This document shows, one piece after another, positions 51,488-60,886 of a stretch of DNA of 64,000 nt. This DNA is from Candidatus Cloacimonadales bacterium (lineage in GTDB: Bacteria > Cloacimonadota > Cloacimonadia > Cloacimonadales > JAFGVF01). The stretch is taken from contig CAXXOU010000004.1 in NCBI GenBank assembly GCA_963677495.2, forward strand, positions 384,001 through 448,000, in the 5' to 3' direction. The stretch's first letter is position 1; each line of letters starts with the position of its first letter. The position numbers and the translations under genes were made by a program. The notes under the pieces are model-generated. The model worked only from the letters and a program-made list of their open reading frames with translations, ran no database searches and was not told the origin of the DNA.

Positions 51488-53671
51488 ATGGAAAACTTAC
51501 AAGAGAAAGCATTACAAGTACTGAATGACATTTTTGGTTATAAAGAGTTTAGAAAGTATCAGTTGAATATAATTGAGAGCTTAGTACAGGGGCAGAATAG
51601 TGTAGTCATCATGCCGACAGGTAGCGGAAAGTCACTTTGCTACCAGATACCTGCACTTATGCAGAATGGAACTGCGATTGTTATCTCACCTTTAATCTCT
51701 TTGATGAAGAACCAAGTTAATCAGTTGCAGCAGTTTGGAGTTGATGCTGCATATTTAAACAGTTCGCTTTCTCGGGATGAGTATTTTGACACTATTGGTA
51801 AGGTGAAATCTAATAAAGTAAAACTCCTCTATTTAGCTCCTGAGACTTTGATGTTACCTCAGACCTTTAACCTTTTGAATCAACTTAAAATCTCTTTAAT
51901 AGCTGTTGATGAAGCACATTGTATCTCGGAATGGGGACATGACTTCAGACCTGAATACAGGCAGATTGCTGAACTACGAGCTAAGCTTAATAACCCTCCT
52001 ACAATAGCCTTAACAGCTACTGCAACTCCATTGGTACAAGAAGATATATCCAAGAACCTTAGTTTGGATAAGTACTCCCTCTTTAAAACCAGCTTTGATA
52101 GACCAAACCTGTTCATTGAAGTGAAGATGAAGACTGATGCTGTTATGCAAGTAGTAGAAACACTGGAAAGGTTTAAGAATCAATCTGTGATTATTTATTG
52201 CTTCTCCCGTAGGGGAGTTGATCAACTTGCTGAGAAGCTACACAAAATGGGATTCAAAGTTCTACCTTATCATGCAGGATTGGATAGTGTGACCCGGAAA
52301 CATAATCAGGAAAGATTCATTAATGATGATGTTGATATTATTGTGGCAACAATTGCCTTTGGGATGGGAATCGATAAACCTGATGTGAGATGTGTTATAC
52401 ATTATGACCTACCGAAAGATGTGGAAAGCTACTATCAGCAGATAGGACGTGCCGGTCGTGATGGGGAAGATGCATATTGTCTTTTACTGTTTTCGTATGG
52501 TGATCCGGCAAAGATAAAGTTTCTCTTTCAAGACAAAGAGGAGCGTGAGAAGATTGTTGCTTATAATCACCTGGAAGCGATGGTAAACTTTGTTGAGGAC
52601 GAGGCTTGCAGACGCTCCTTTATCCTTTCCTATTTCGGTGAGGAGCATGAAGAGCAGAACTGTGGGACTTGTGATAACTGCGTGAAGGATGTGAAACCAA
52701 AAGAGGACTTGACTGTTATTGTTCAGAAGTTTCTCTCATGTGTTTATAGGACAAATCAGATGTTTGGTGCAAATCATATTGCAAAGATACTTAGGGGCTC
52801 GAAGGATAAGAAGATTATTGGTAGAGGGCATGACCAGCTATCTACTTATGGAATTGGTGTAGATCAATCATTAAAGCAATGGATGTTTGTGTATCGACAA
52901 CTCCTAAGAACAAAGGTTATTGTTTTAGATGAGCAATATGGAAGTATAAAGCTTACTGACAAAGCTAAAGAGATTTTGCAGAATAAAGAAACGTTTATGG
53001 GTCATCTGATAGAGGAAAAGGTTAAATACAAATCTAAAGCTGATATTACTGATTATAATGTTGAGTTGTTTGAACTATTGAGAGCAAAGAGAAAAGAACT
53101 GGCGGACGAGAAAGAGATTCCACCATATACAATCTTCCACGATAAGACAATCAAAGAGTTGTCGGCATTGTATCCCCAAACTGAAGCACAGTTGCTACAG
53201 ATTAGCGGAATCGGTAAGGCAAAGCTGGATAACTATGGTAGTATCTTACTCGACATTATTGTTCCGTTCTGTACTAAGAATAATCTGCAACCCAAGGTGC
53301 AATCAACACATCTTAACCTGCGAGAAGTAGAAATGGTTAGAGCATCAGGTAAAGGAGCAAGAGCTAAAGCAGCATCCAAAATGTTCAATGATGGTTACTC
53401 GATAGAAGATATTCAGAAAGAGTATGGTGTCAAGCGAACTACAGTGTTTGGTTATTTTCAAGACTATCTGTTGGAAGGGAATGTTCTAACTCAATCTTTA
53501 GAAAGCTATTTAGAAGTAAGTCATGAGGATTGTGTGAGAGCTTACGAGATGTTTCGAGAGATGGAGATACTAAGACTCAGGCCTGTGTATGACCTGTTTG
53601 GGGGTAAATATACATATGACCAGCTAAGAATATGTGCATTGATTTTTAATAATGAACTGAACAAGGTGTAG
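51488..53671 (+). CDS. recQ: ATP-dependent DNA helicase RecQ
   Basis: MPTGSGKSLCYQ, DEAHCISEWGHDFRPEY, AFGMGIDK, GRAGRDG, Zn/RQC, HRDC. Confidence 0.96.
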   Translation: MENLQEKALQVLNDIFGYKEFRKYQLNIIESLVQGQNSVVIMPTGSGKSLCYQIPALMQNGTAIVISPLISLMKNQVNQLQQFGVDAAYLNSSLSRDEYFDTIGKVKSNKVKLLYLAPETLMLPQTFNLLNQLKISLIAVDEAHCISEWGHDFRPEYRQIAELRAKLNNPPTIALTATATPLVQEDISKNLSLDKYSLFKTSFDRPNLFIEVKMKTDAVMQVVETLERFKNQSVIIYCFSRRGVDQLAEKLHKMGFKVLPYHAGLDSVTRKHNQERFINDDVDIIVATIAFGMGIDKPDVRCVIHYDLPKDVESYYQQIGRAGRDGEDAYCLLLFSYGDPAKIKFLFQDKEEREKIVAYNHLEAMVNFVEDEACRRSFILSYFGEEHEEQNCGTCDNCVKDVKPKEDLTVIVQKFLSCVYRTNQMFGANHIAKILRGSKDKKIIGRGHDQLSTYGIGVDQSLKQWMFVYRQLLRTKVIVLDEQYGSIKLTDKAKEILQNKETFMGHLIEEKVKYKSKADITDYNVELFELLRAKRKELADEKEIPPYTIFHDKTIKELSALYPQTEAQLLQISGIGKAKLDNYGSILLDIIVPFCTKNNLQPKVQSTHLNLREVEMVRASGKGARAKAASKMFNDGYSIEDIQKEYGVKRTTVFGYFQDYLLEGNVLTQSLESYLEVSHEDCVRAYEMFREMEILRLRPVYDLFGGKYTYDQLRICALIFNNELNKV

Positions 53672-53686
53672 TCAATTTTGGAAAGA

Positions 53687-53720
53687 AACAGCCTAATTCA
53701 TAATAATAAATTAGGCTGTT
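53687..53720. terminator. Hairpin between convergent genes, probable bidirectional terminator
   Basis: AACAGCCTAATT / AATTAGGCTGTT. Confidence 0.6.
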
Positions 53721-53731
53721 CTATTATTAAT

Positions 53732-54340
53732 TTACTTCCACCACTCCTTTTCAGGAGTGAAGGGGTTGTCTTCTTTTCTACGTAGTTCTACCCAGTCTTG
53801 AATTTGCTTAACAGTTTTGCATAGGCTGTTCTTGCTTGTGTCAAACACTTCAACATTCCATCTTGGGTCGTCATTGGTAATAGAAGTCCACCTTTCATGA
53901 TGATAGTCACCCGGATTTCTATTGATAACTATTCTTTGCTCCCATTCCGGTTCTTTAGCATGCATTCGATGATATGCAGCCCAACAGAGAGTATCCATTA
54001 TTAAGGACCACTCTTCGAACATAGGTCTGTTACGGTATCTTTTTACTCTGATATAGTCATGACAATCCAGTAAGCAAGCTGAGATCCCATTAAACTGAAT
54101 TGCTTCATTACTACCAAGCAACTGCCCGAATGGCATGTGTGAGGTGAGAAGGAAATCTTTACCCTCTTTCTGGCATTCTAAAGCTCTGTCAAACCAACTT
54201 TTGAATCTTTCGTAAGCGTATTGTTCTTCGTACTTAATCTCATCTTCGCAATGACACTCAACATTTGCTAGTGCTTCTTGTAGATGAGGTACAATACTTG
54301 ATTTTCCTGAAGCAGCAGCTCCTGATATTAAGAAAAACAT
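53732..54340 (-). CDS. P-loop kinase-like hypothetical protein
   Basis: AGGAG RBS before ATG 54340; ISGAAASGKS Walker A. Confidence 0.7.
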   Translation of the reverse strand: MFFLISGAAASGKSSIVPHLQEALANVECHCEDEIKYEEQYAYERFKSWFDRALECQKEGKDFLLTSHMPFGQLLGSNEAIQFNGISACLLDCHDYIRVKRYRNRPMFEEWSLIMDTLCWAAYHRMHAKEPEWEQRIVINRNPGDYHHERWTSITNDDPRWNVEVFDTSKNSLCKTVKQIQDWVELRRKEDNPFTPEKEWWK

Positions 54341-54568
54341 GGTAACTCCTTTGTACGTTATGTACATGTAATGTATTTTGGAGTTCTGTTCATAAAAGAG
54401 CCAGAGCGTATAAAAACGGTAATCCAATTGTGATTTAATAATGTGAAAATAGTTTATAGTGTCAAGAATAATGTCAACGGGTTAGTGCTATAATAGAATA
54501 CTTAACTTTATTTATTTGACAACATCTTTGAGTATATGCAAGTTTATTATAATTGTTTAGGAGGGGAT

Positions 54569-55321
54569 ATGTGTGATTTTAGAAAACATTACATTGAATA
54601 TCTTGGAATCAACTCGGATGACTTTGAAGAGGGTGCAAGGATCTTTTATAAAGAGATAAGAAATATGGCTTATCCGGGGTATTTCTTTTACAATATGATT
54701 ATTTCATCTTATAAAGCACAAACTGTAATTACTATCCATCCTGAGTTTTCAAAGAGATTTACTTCAGAGGAATTGGTCAGTTTGCTAAAACTTGATAGAG
54801 AGGATATTCTACAATACCTAAGAAACAAGTTTAATGACTTACAAAAAGGAGCCTTTGTTAGTAGAATGTATCGTTATAGTGTTACAAGTGATGAGCTAAT
54901 GAGGTCAATAGATAAAGAAGCTGTTCTATTTACTAAACAGATGAAACCATTCTTTTATAAAAGATTTGAGAAGGCAGGTAAAGAGATTGCAGACTATCAT
55001 TGGAAAGAATCTCAGATTCTTTTTGAAAAGAAACGTTCATTCATTTGCTGCTCTGACGTGGAGTACTTCTCAATGAGTCATATCACAAATATTATTGATA
55101 ATGGTGGTAACATTGCAGTAGGTACTAATAGTCGCTACAGGGTGCGTGGATATGGAAAAGCTACTGTTATTAAAGCAGTAGAATGGTGTTTCAAGAATTC
55201 TGTTGTTCCTGTCTATTTAGTTGATTCAGCAAATGAACCCTCTATTAAACTTGCAGAATCTTTAGGTATGACAAGAAAGGCAGATGAGATTGTTGTAGGC
55301 TCAGAAAGGTTTGGGTATTAA
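54569..55321 (+). CDS. GNAT family acetyltransferase
   Basis: GGAGG RBS; YRVRGYGKA, NEPSIKLAESLG. Confidence 0.8.
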   Translation: MCDFRKHYIEYLGINSDDFEEGARIFYKEIRNMAYPGYFFYNMIISSYKAQTVITIHPEFSKRFTSEELVSLLKLDREDILQYLRNKFNDLQKGAFVSRMYRYSVTSDELMRSIDKEAVLFTKQMKPFFYKRFEKAGKEIADYHWKESQILFEKKRSFICCSDVEYFSMSHITNIIDNGGNIAVGTNSRYRVRGYGKATVIKAVEWCFKNSVVPVYLVDSANEPSIKLAESLGMTRKADEIVVGSERFGY

Positions 55322-55323
55322 AG

Positions 55324-56166
55324 CTAAGCCTGCTTTCTCCATCTGGCACAAGTTCCGGCTGGAAGATCATTACCATGCTCTGATTCTATCGCTAGTGTGA
55401 ATGTATCGATACTTCCTTTCTTAAGCTTTTGCATACTATTCAGCAGAGTTCTAAGCTCTGAAACACCAAACTCTTGATCATGACATGATAGGATGAAGAA
55501 ATCAGGGTTTGTACTAAGAACTTTCTCAACGAGTTTTATTAGTTTAGGCATATCTTTCCCAATCTTCCAAATCCCACCTTTCTTACTACGCCCAAAGGCC
55601 GGTGGATCGAGGATGATACCGTCATATCTGTTACCACGCTTACCTTCACGCTTCAAGAAGGTTAGTATATCCTCGGTTATCCATCTAATCTTATTATCTT
55701 GCTTGTTGGAAACAATTGAGTTTTCTCGAGCCCAATTTACGCTACTTGAGGCAGCATCAATATGAGTGACTTCAGACATTGAGGAAGAGGAAGCAATGCT
55801 CATTGCACCTGTATAAGCAAAGCCATTCAATATTGACAAATTATTAGCAGATTTGCTAACAATATCTTCAACCCATTGCCAATTTGTCATTTGCTCAGGA
55901 AATACTCCAATCTGACCATTTGCAGATAATCGCGTCTGAATCTTTACAGCACTAAAGACAAAAACAGGTAGTTCTTTTTCGCTTTTCACAATCCATTCAG
56001 ATGACAATGCATCAAATCTAGCATTAAAATTATTCCAGATCTCTTTATCCAGTTTTCGTTGCCAATTGGCTTGAGGTGCTGATCGTCGGAATATATAATC
56101 CCCAACCTGCTCAAGCTTCTCAAAGTCTCCGCAATCAAGTAGTTTATAGTTTGTTTCCTTAGTCAT
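55324..56166 (-). CDS. Class I SAM-dependent methyltransferase (RlmI/RlmK-like)
   Basis: YKLLDCGDFEKLE, GVFPEQ, LNGFAYTG, ILDPPAFG. Confidence 0.87.
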   Translation of the reverse strand: MTKETNYKLLDCGDFEKLEQVGDYIFRRSAPQANWQRKLDKEIWNNFNARFDALSSEWIVKSEKELPVFVFSAVKIQTRLSANGQIGVFPEQMTNWQWVEDIVSKSANNLSILNGFAYTGAMSIASSSSMSEVTHIDAASSSVNWARENSIVSNKQDNKIRWITEDILTFLKREGKRGNRYDGIILDPPAFGRSKKGGIWKIGKDMPKLIKLVEKVLSTNPDFFILSCHDQEFGVSELRTLLNSMQKLKKGSIDTFTLAIESEHGNDLPAGTCARWRKQA

Positions 56167-56230
56167 GACTAAGTAGAAATTTTTGCTGGCTTATTTGTAA
56201 AGGGAAAAAACTATATCTTCACATGCTTAA

Positions 56231-56302
56231 CTCTAACCCCTCCCTTGGGTTTCCCTTGCAAGCCAAGGGAAGGGCAAGGGAAACCCAAGAGTAAAATAAG
56301 AG
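56231..56302. repeat. 11-bp phased inverted array (CCCTTG / CAAGGG)
   Basis: CCCTT at 56242/53 (degenerate 56231); (C/T)AAG at 56264/75/86/97. Confidence 0.8.
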
Positions 56303-56431
56303 TAGTGAATTCTCTGTAATGGGATTAACCTACGTTTTCGTATATATCCGAAAAGAATAGCCATACAAAAAACTTGACTCAACATCTGAGTAATCAATGT
56401 TAGCTAAATCATAAGAATAAAAGGATTAGAG

Positions 56432-58219
56432 ATGTTAGATTTACTCGGAAACATAAAAAGAACAGATTATTGTACAGACTTAAATGTAGAATCAATTGGT
56501 AAAGAAGTTGTTGTAATGGGTTGGGTTCATCGTAGAAGAGACCTTGGTGGACTTATCTTTGTAGATTTAAGAGATAGAACAGGGATTGTACAGGTTGTTT
56601 TTGATCCAGAAAATGAAGAAGTTCTTGCAAAAGCTTCACGTCTAAGAAACGAGTATGTCATGGCAGTCAAAGGTGAAGTAATTGCCAGGGAAGGTAATAT
56701 CAATGAGAAAATGGCTACCGGTGCTATTGAGATTAAAGCCCAGGAACTATATCTACTAAACGAGAGCTCTCCTCTTCCTGTTCAGGTAAATGAGGGTACT
56801 CTTGCTGATGAAGATCTTAGACTTGAATATCGTTACCTTGATTTAAGAAGAGAGACAATAAAGAGTAAAATCATGCTTAGACATGAGATTGTTGCCAAGA
56901 TTAGAGAGTTCTTAAATGGAGCAGGTTTCCTTGATATTGAAACTCCTATCCTCATGAAGTCTACTCCGGAAGGAGCACGTGACTATCTTGTGCCGAGTAG
57001 AATCCATCCCGGTACTTTCTTTGCTCTTCCACAATCACCACAGCTTTACAAGCAGTTGCTGATGATTTCAGGTTTTGATAAGTATTACCAAATCGCTCGT
57101 TGTTTCCGTGATGAAGACCTTAGAGCTGATAGGCAACCTGAGTTCACACAGCTTGACCTTGAAATGAGTTTTGTAACTGAAGAGGATGTTTATAAAGTTA
57201 TTGAAGACCTTTTGGTTTATGTATATAAGACTACAATTGATGCAGATATTGAGAAGCAATTCCCTCGTATGACTTACAACGAAGCGATGGAAAGATATGG
57301 TTGTGATAAGCCTGATACACGTTTTGCTATGGAACTTAATGATTTATCAGAAGTTCTTGCTAAATCTGAATTCAAAGTATTCTCAGGTGCATTATCTAAT
57401 AATGGTACAGTTCGTTGTATCGTAGCTCAGGGTTGTGCTACATATAGTAGAAAACAGATTGATGGTTTAATAGATATTGCCAAACATCTGGGTGGAAAAG
57501 GTCTGGCTTTTGCTAAAGTTAAAGATGGAACTCTGGATGCCGGTATATCAAAATTCCTTACAGATGATGAGAAAGCAGGAATCCTTACAAAGACCGGTGC
57601 TAATGAGGGTGATTTAGTTCTCTTTGGTGCAGATTCCAAAGAGATAGTTTTAAAAGTACTTGCAGGTGTTAGAAATCATCTTGGTGCAGAGCTTGGTTTG
57701 ATTGATGATAGCAAGTTCAAATTCTTATGGGTAACACGCTTCCCAATGTTTGAGTATAATGCTGACCAAAATAGATGGGAACCATTACATCATATGTTCA
57801 GTATGCCACAGGAAGAGCATCTTGAGCTTCTTGATGACCCAAGCAGATATGGTGAGATTGAGGGTCAGATTTATGACTTGGTTTGTAATGGTGTTGAGCT
57901 TGCTTCCGGTAGTATCAGATGCCACAGACAGGATATTCAGGAGAAGATTTTCAATATAGTTGGATTTAGCAAAGAGGAACAGGAACTCAAGTTTGGTTTC
58001 TTCCTTAATGCCTTACAATATGGTACACCACCTCATGGTGGTATTGCACCGGGTATAGACAGAATGGTTATGCAGATGACAAAAGCTGAATCGATTCGTG
58101 ACGTAATAGCATTCCCTAAAACTCTCAAAGCTGCTGACCTTATGAGCAAAGCTCCGGGTGTTGTAGATAAAGCTCAGTTGGATGAACTTCACATAAGTGT
58201 GATTGAGAAAAGCGAATAA
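56432..58219 (+). CDS. aspS: Aspartate--tRNA ligase
   Basis: [52 protein letters not shown]. Confidence 0.97.
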   Translation: MLDLLGNIKRTDYCTDLNVESIGKEVVVMGWVHRRRDLGGLIFVDLRDRTGIVQVVFDPENEEVLAKASRLRNEYVMAVKGEVIAREGNINEKMATGAIEIKAQELYLLNESSPLPVQVNEGTLADEDLRLEYRYLDLRRETIKSKIMLRHEIVAKIREFLNGAGFLDIETPILMKSTPEGARDYLVPSRIHPGTFFALPQSPQLYKQLLMISGFDKYYQIARCFRDEDLRADRQPEFTQLDLEMSFVTEEDVYKVIEDLLVYVYKTTIDADIEKQFPRMTYNEAMERYGCDKPDTRFAMELNDLSEVLAKSEFKVFSGALSNNGTVRCIVAQGCATYSRKQIDGLIDIAKHLGGKGLAFAKVKDGTLDAGISKFLTDDEKAGILTKTGANEGDLVLFGADSKEIVLKVLAGVRNHLGAELGLIDDSKFKFLWVTRFPMFEYNADQNRWEPLHHMFSMPQEEHLELLDDPSRYGEIEGQIYDLVCNGVELASGSIRCHRQDIQEKIFNIVGFSKEEQELKFGFFLNALQYGTPPHGGIAPGIDRMVMQMTKAESIRDVIAFPKTLKAADLMSKAPGVVDKAQLDELHISVIEKSE

Positions 58220-58220
58220 T

Positions 58221-58805
58221 ATGAAAGAATTTAGAATAGCAGTCTTCACTTCCGGAATGAGCCGTGGTTCGAACTTCGAAGCAATGGTTAATGTATTTAA
58301 AGAAATGAAACTGCCTATTAAAATAGAATTTGTCCTTATTACAAGACGCAACGCTCCAATCAAGGAGCGTTGTGAACGTCTTGGAATTCCGATATTCCAT
58401 GCAGGTACAAAAGACTGGAAAGCTTTTGAAGCGAAGATTATTACTAAGTGTAAAGAATCGAATCTCGATTTGATTGCTTTAGCCGGCTTTATGAAACAGA
58501 TTACTCCGACTATCATTGATGGTGTTGGTTGTCCGATGCTCAACATTCATCCCGCCCTGTTGCCAAACTATGGTGGAAAAGGTATGTTTGGCTCTAATGT
58601 CCATAAGGCTGTATTCGCGGACGGTTGTAAAGAATCAGGTGCTACTGTTCATCAAGTGAATGAGCATTACGATGAAGGTGATATAGTTGCACAAGAACGA
58701 GTAGATATAACTAAATGTAATTCACCGGAAGAGATTGCAAAAGCAGTTCTAAAGATTGAGCATTCTGTCTACGGAAGAGCAGTCTGGAACTTCCTTAATA
58801 AGTAA
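58221..58805 (+). CDS. purN: Phosphoribosylglycinamide formyltransferase
   Basis: SG..RGSN, LAGFM, NIHPALLP..GG, SGATVH. Confidence 0.93.
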   Translation: MKEFRIAVFTSGMSRGSNFEAMVNVFKEMKLPIKIEFVLITRRNAPIKERCERLGIPIFHAGTKDWKAFEAKIITKCKESNLDLIALAGFMKQITPTIIDGVGCPMLNIHPALLPNYGGKGMFGSNVHKAVFADGCKESGATVHQVNEHYDEGDIVAQERVDITKCNSPEEIAKAVLKIEHSVYGRAVWNFLNK

Positions 58806-60085
58806 TGAAAATTGCCATTAAGACTCTTGGGTGCAAGATTAATCAATATGAATCATCCTGTATCTTAGAACCCTTCGTAAAAGATGGATATGCAGTTGTC
58901 CCATTTGACTCAGAAGCTGATATCTATATTGTCAACACATGTACTGTAACAAATAGAACCGATTTTAAATCCCGCAATTTTATTAGAAAGGCGATAAAGC
59001 ATAAAGAGGTAAATCCACATGTGAAGATAGTGGTTACCGGTTGTTTTGCTCAGCGTGAACCCCAACAGATTGAGGAGATGGGAGCTATAGATATCATAGT
59101 TGATAATCAGCAAAAGGGTGAGATCTATAATTTACTTAAAACTCAGAAATTTGAGTTTCATGATATCCTCACTGAACAATACTTTCCTGAGATGCAGACA
59201 ACATCCATGAATGAACATAGTAGAGTCTTTCTAAAAGTTCAGGATGGATGTGATTTCTATTGCTCTTATTGTGCCATCCCTTATGCTCGTGGTCATTCCC
59301 GAAGTAGACAGCCTGAAAAGGTGTTAGAACAAGTGGAGCTTCTTGCCAAACAGGGTTATCATGAGTTTGTACTCGGTGGTATCAATATGGGTTTATATGG
59401 TAGGGATATGAAACAGGATTATCATCTTGAACACTTGATCAGTGATATAAGCTCAATATCGGGTGTTGAGTTGATTAGACTCAGTTCTGTTGAACCTCAA
59501 CTCTTCACTGAAGGAATGAAACTGGAAATTGAGAGGAATAGGAAGATTTGCTCGCATCTACATATCCCGCTTCAGTCAGGTTGTGATGCTATCCTTAAGG
59601 CAATGCAGAGACGCTATATTACTGCCCAGTTCAAGTCACAGATAGATGACTTACTACAAATCCGACCTGATATGGCACTTGGTTTTGACGTGATAACCGG
59701 ATTTCCCGGAGAAACTGATGAGCTGTTTGAAGAAACATATAGCTTCTTAGAGACGATTCCGTTTACGTATCTACATAATTTCACTTATTCTCGTAGAAAT
59801 GGCACTCCAGCTGCATCTATGAAAGGACAGGTAAATGGTAAGATAGCTAATGAGCGGATTAATCGCATGGAAGCTTTATCTCTTGAGAATAAGAAAGCTT
59901 ATACACAATATCTACTTGAGAATAAGGTTTCTCTAAAAGGTGTGGTTGAGAAGGTTGTTGATTGTAACTGGACATCTCTTTCAGATCATTATATCAGAAT
60001 GAATGGAAACACTGAAGTTAGGCAGGGTGAATTGATTGAGATTACACCTACAGAGATAATCAGCGATGGGGTAGAGGTAAAGTAG
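58805..60085 (+). CDS. mtaB: tRNA ms2t6A methylthiotransferase MtaB
   Basis: TLGCKINQYES, NTCTVT, VTGC.AQ, GCDFYCSYCAIP.ARG. Confidence 0.92.
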   Translation: MKIAIKTLGCKINQYESSCILEPFVKDGYAVVPFDSEADIYIVNTCTVTNRTDFKSRNFIRKAIKHKEVNPHVKIVVTGCFAQREPQQIEEMGAIDIIVDNQQKGEIYNLLKTQKFEFHDILTEQYFPEMQTTSMNEHSRVFLKVQDGCDFYCSYCAIPYARGHSRSRQPEKVLEQVELLAKQGYHEFVLGGINMGLYGRDMKQDYHLEHLISDISSISGVELIRLSSVEPQLFTEGMKLEIERNRKICSHLHIPLQSGCDAILKAMQRRYITAQFKSQIDDLLQIRPDMALGFDVITGFPGETDELFEETYSFLETIPFTYLHNFTYSRRNGTPAASMKGQVNGKIANERINRMEALSLENKKAYTQYLLENKVSLKGVVEKVVDCNWTSLSDHYIRMNGNTEVRQGELIEITPTEIISDGVEVK

Positions 60086-60086
60086 G

Positions 60087-60779
60087 ATGATAAAAGTAGA
60101 GAATTTAAGTGTAAGATTCGGTGAAAAACTCGTATTAAACAATATAGATTTAACTATTCCTAAAGGTAAATCGACAGTTATTATCGGTCGTAGCGGCTGT
60201 GGTAAGACAGTTCTGATAAAAAGTATTATCGGTTTAGTTGAATATCAACAGGGCAAGATAGAAGTTTCAACACTAACGCATACAGTTCTTGATAAGAAAA
60301 GCATGGTAGATGTAAGAAAGAAGATATCCATGGTATTTCAGAATTCAGCATTATTTGATTCCATGAATGTTTTCCAGAACGTGGCATTCCCATTGGTTGA
60401 ACATACTGATTATAAACCAACCTTAATCAAGAAGATTGTAGAGGAAAAACTCTCAATGGTTGGATTGAAGGGAATAGAAGAGTTAATGCCTTCAGAGCTA
60501 TCGGGTGGTATGAGAAAGCGTGTAGGACTTGCGCGAGCTATCGTTTTAGAACCTGAATATGTTTTCTATGATGAACCTACAACCGGTCTTGACCCTGAAA
60601 CTACTGAAGAAATAATCAATCTTATGAGGGAGCTTGATGTGAAAGGGAATTGGACATCAGTTATTATCACTCATGATAAGAAAGTACTGGAAGCATTTCC
60701 TGAGAATATTGTGCTATTAAAAGAGGGTACGATAACATATCAGGGACACTTTAACAGCCTGACAAATCATAAGTTCTAG
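60087..60779 (+). CDS. MlaF-like ABC ATPase
   Basis: GRSGCGKT, FQNSALFDSM, PSELSGGMRKRVGLAR, DEPTTGLDP. Confidence 0.88.
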   Translation: MIKVENLSVRFGEKLVLNNIDLTIPKGKSTVIIGRSGCGKTVLIKSIIGLVEYQQGKIEVSTLTHTVLDKKSMVDVRKKISMVFQNSALFDSMNVFQNVAFPLVEHTDYKPTLIKKIVEEKLSMVGLKGIEELMPSELSGGMRKRVGLARAIVLEPEYVFYDEPTTGLDPETTEEIINLMRELDVKGNWTSVIITHDKKVLEAFPENIVLLKEGTITYQGHFNSLTNHKF

Positions 60780-60840
60780 AGCAATAATGTTATTTTGTAA
60801 AAGCTACCAAGATATGGTCGCTTTTCTCATATAAATTTAA

Positions 60841-60868
60841 AAGGGGAATGCTATTTAGCATTCCCCTT
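60841..60868. terminator. Bidirectional terminator
   Basis: AAGGGGAATGCTA-TT-TAGCATTCCCCTT between convergent genes. Confidence 0.8.
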
Positions 60869-60886
60869 AATTCTATAATAGAACGA

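Noticed and set aside
60087..60779. Orphan second MlaF-like ATPase as a novel system
   Set aside because: Split mla loci are common; partners probably lie outside the window
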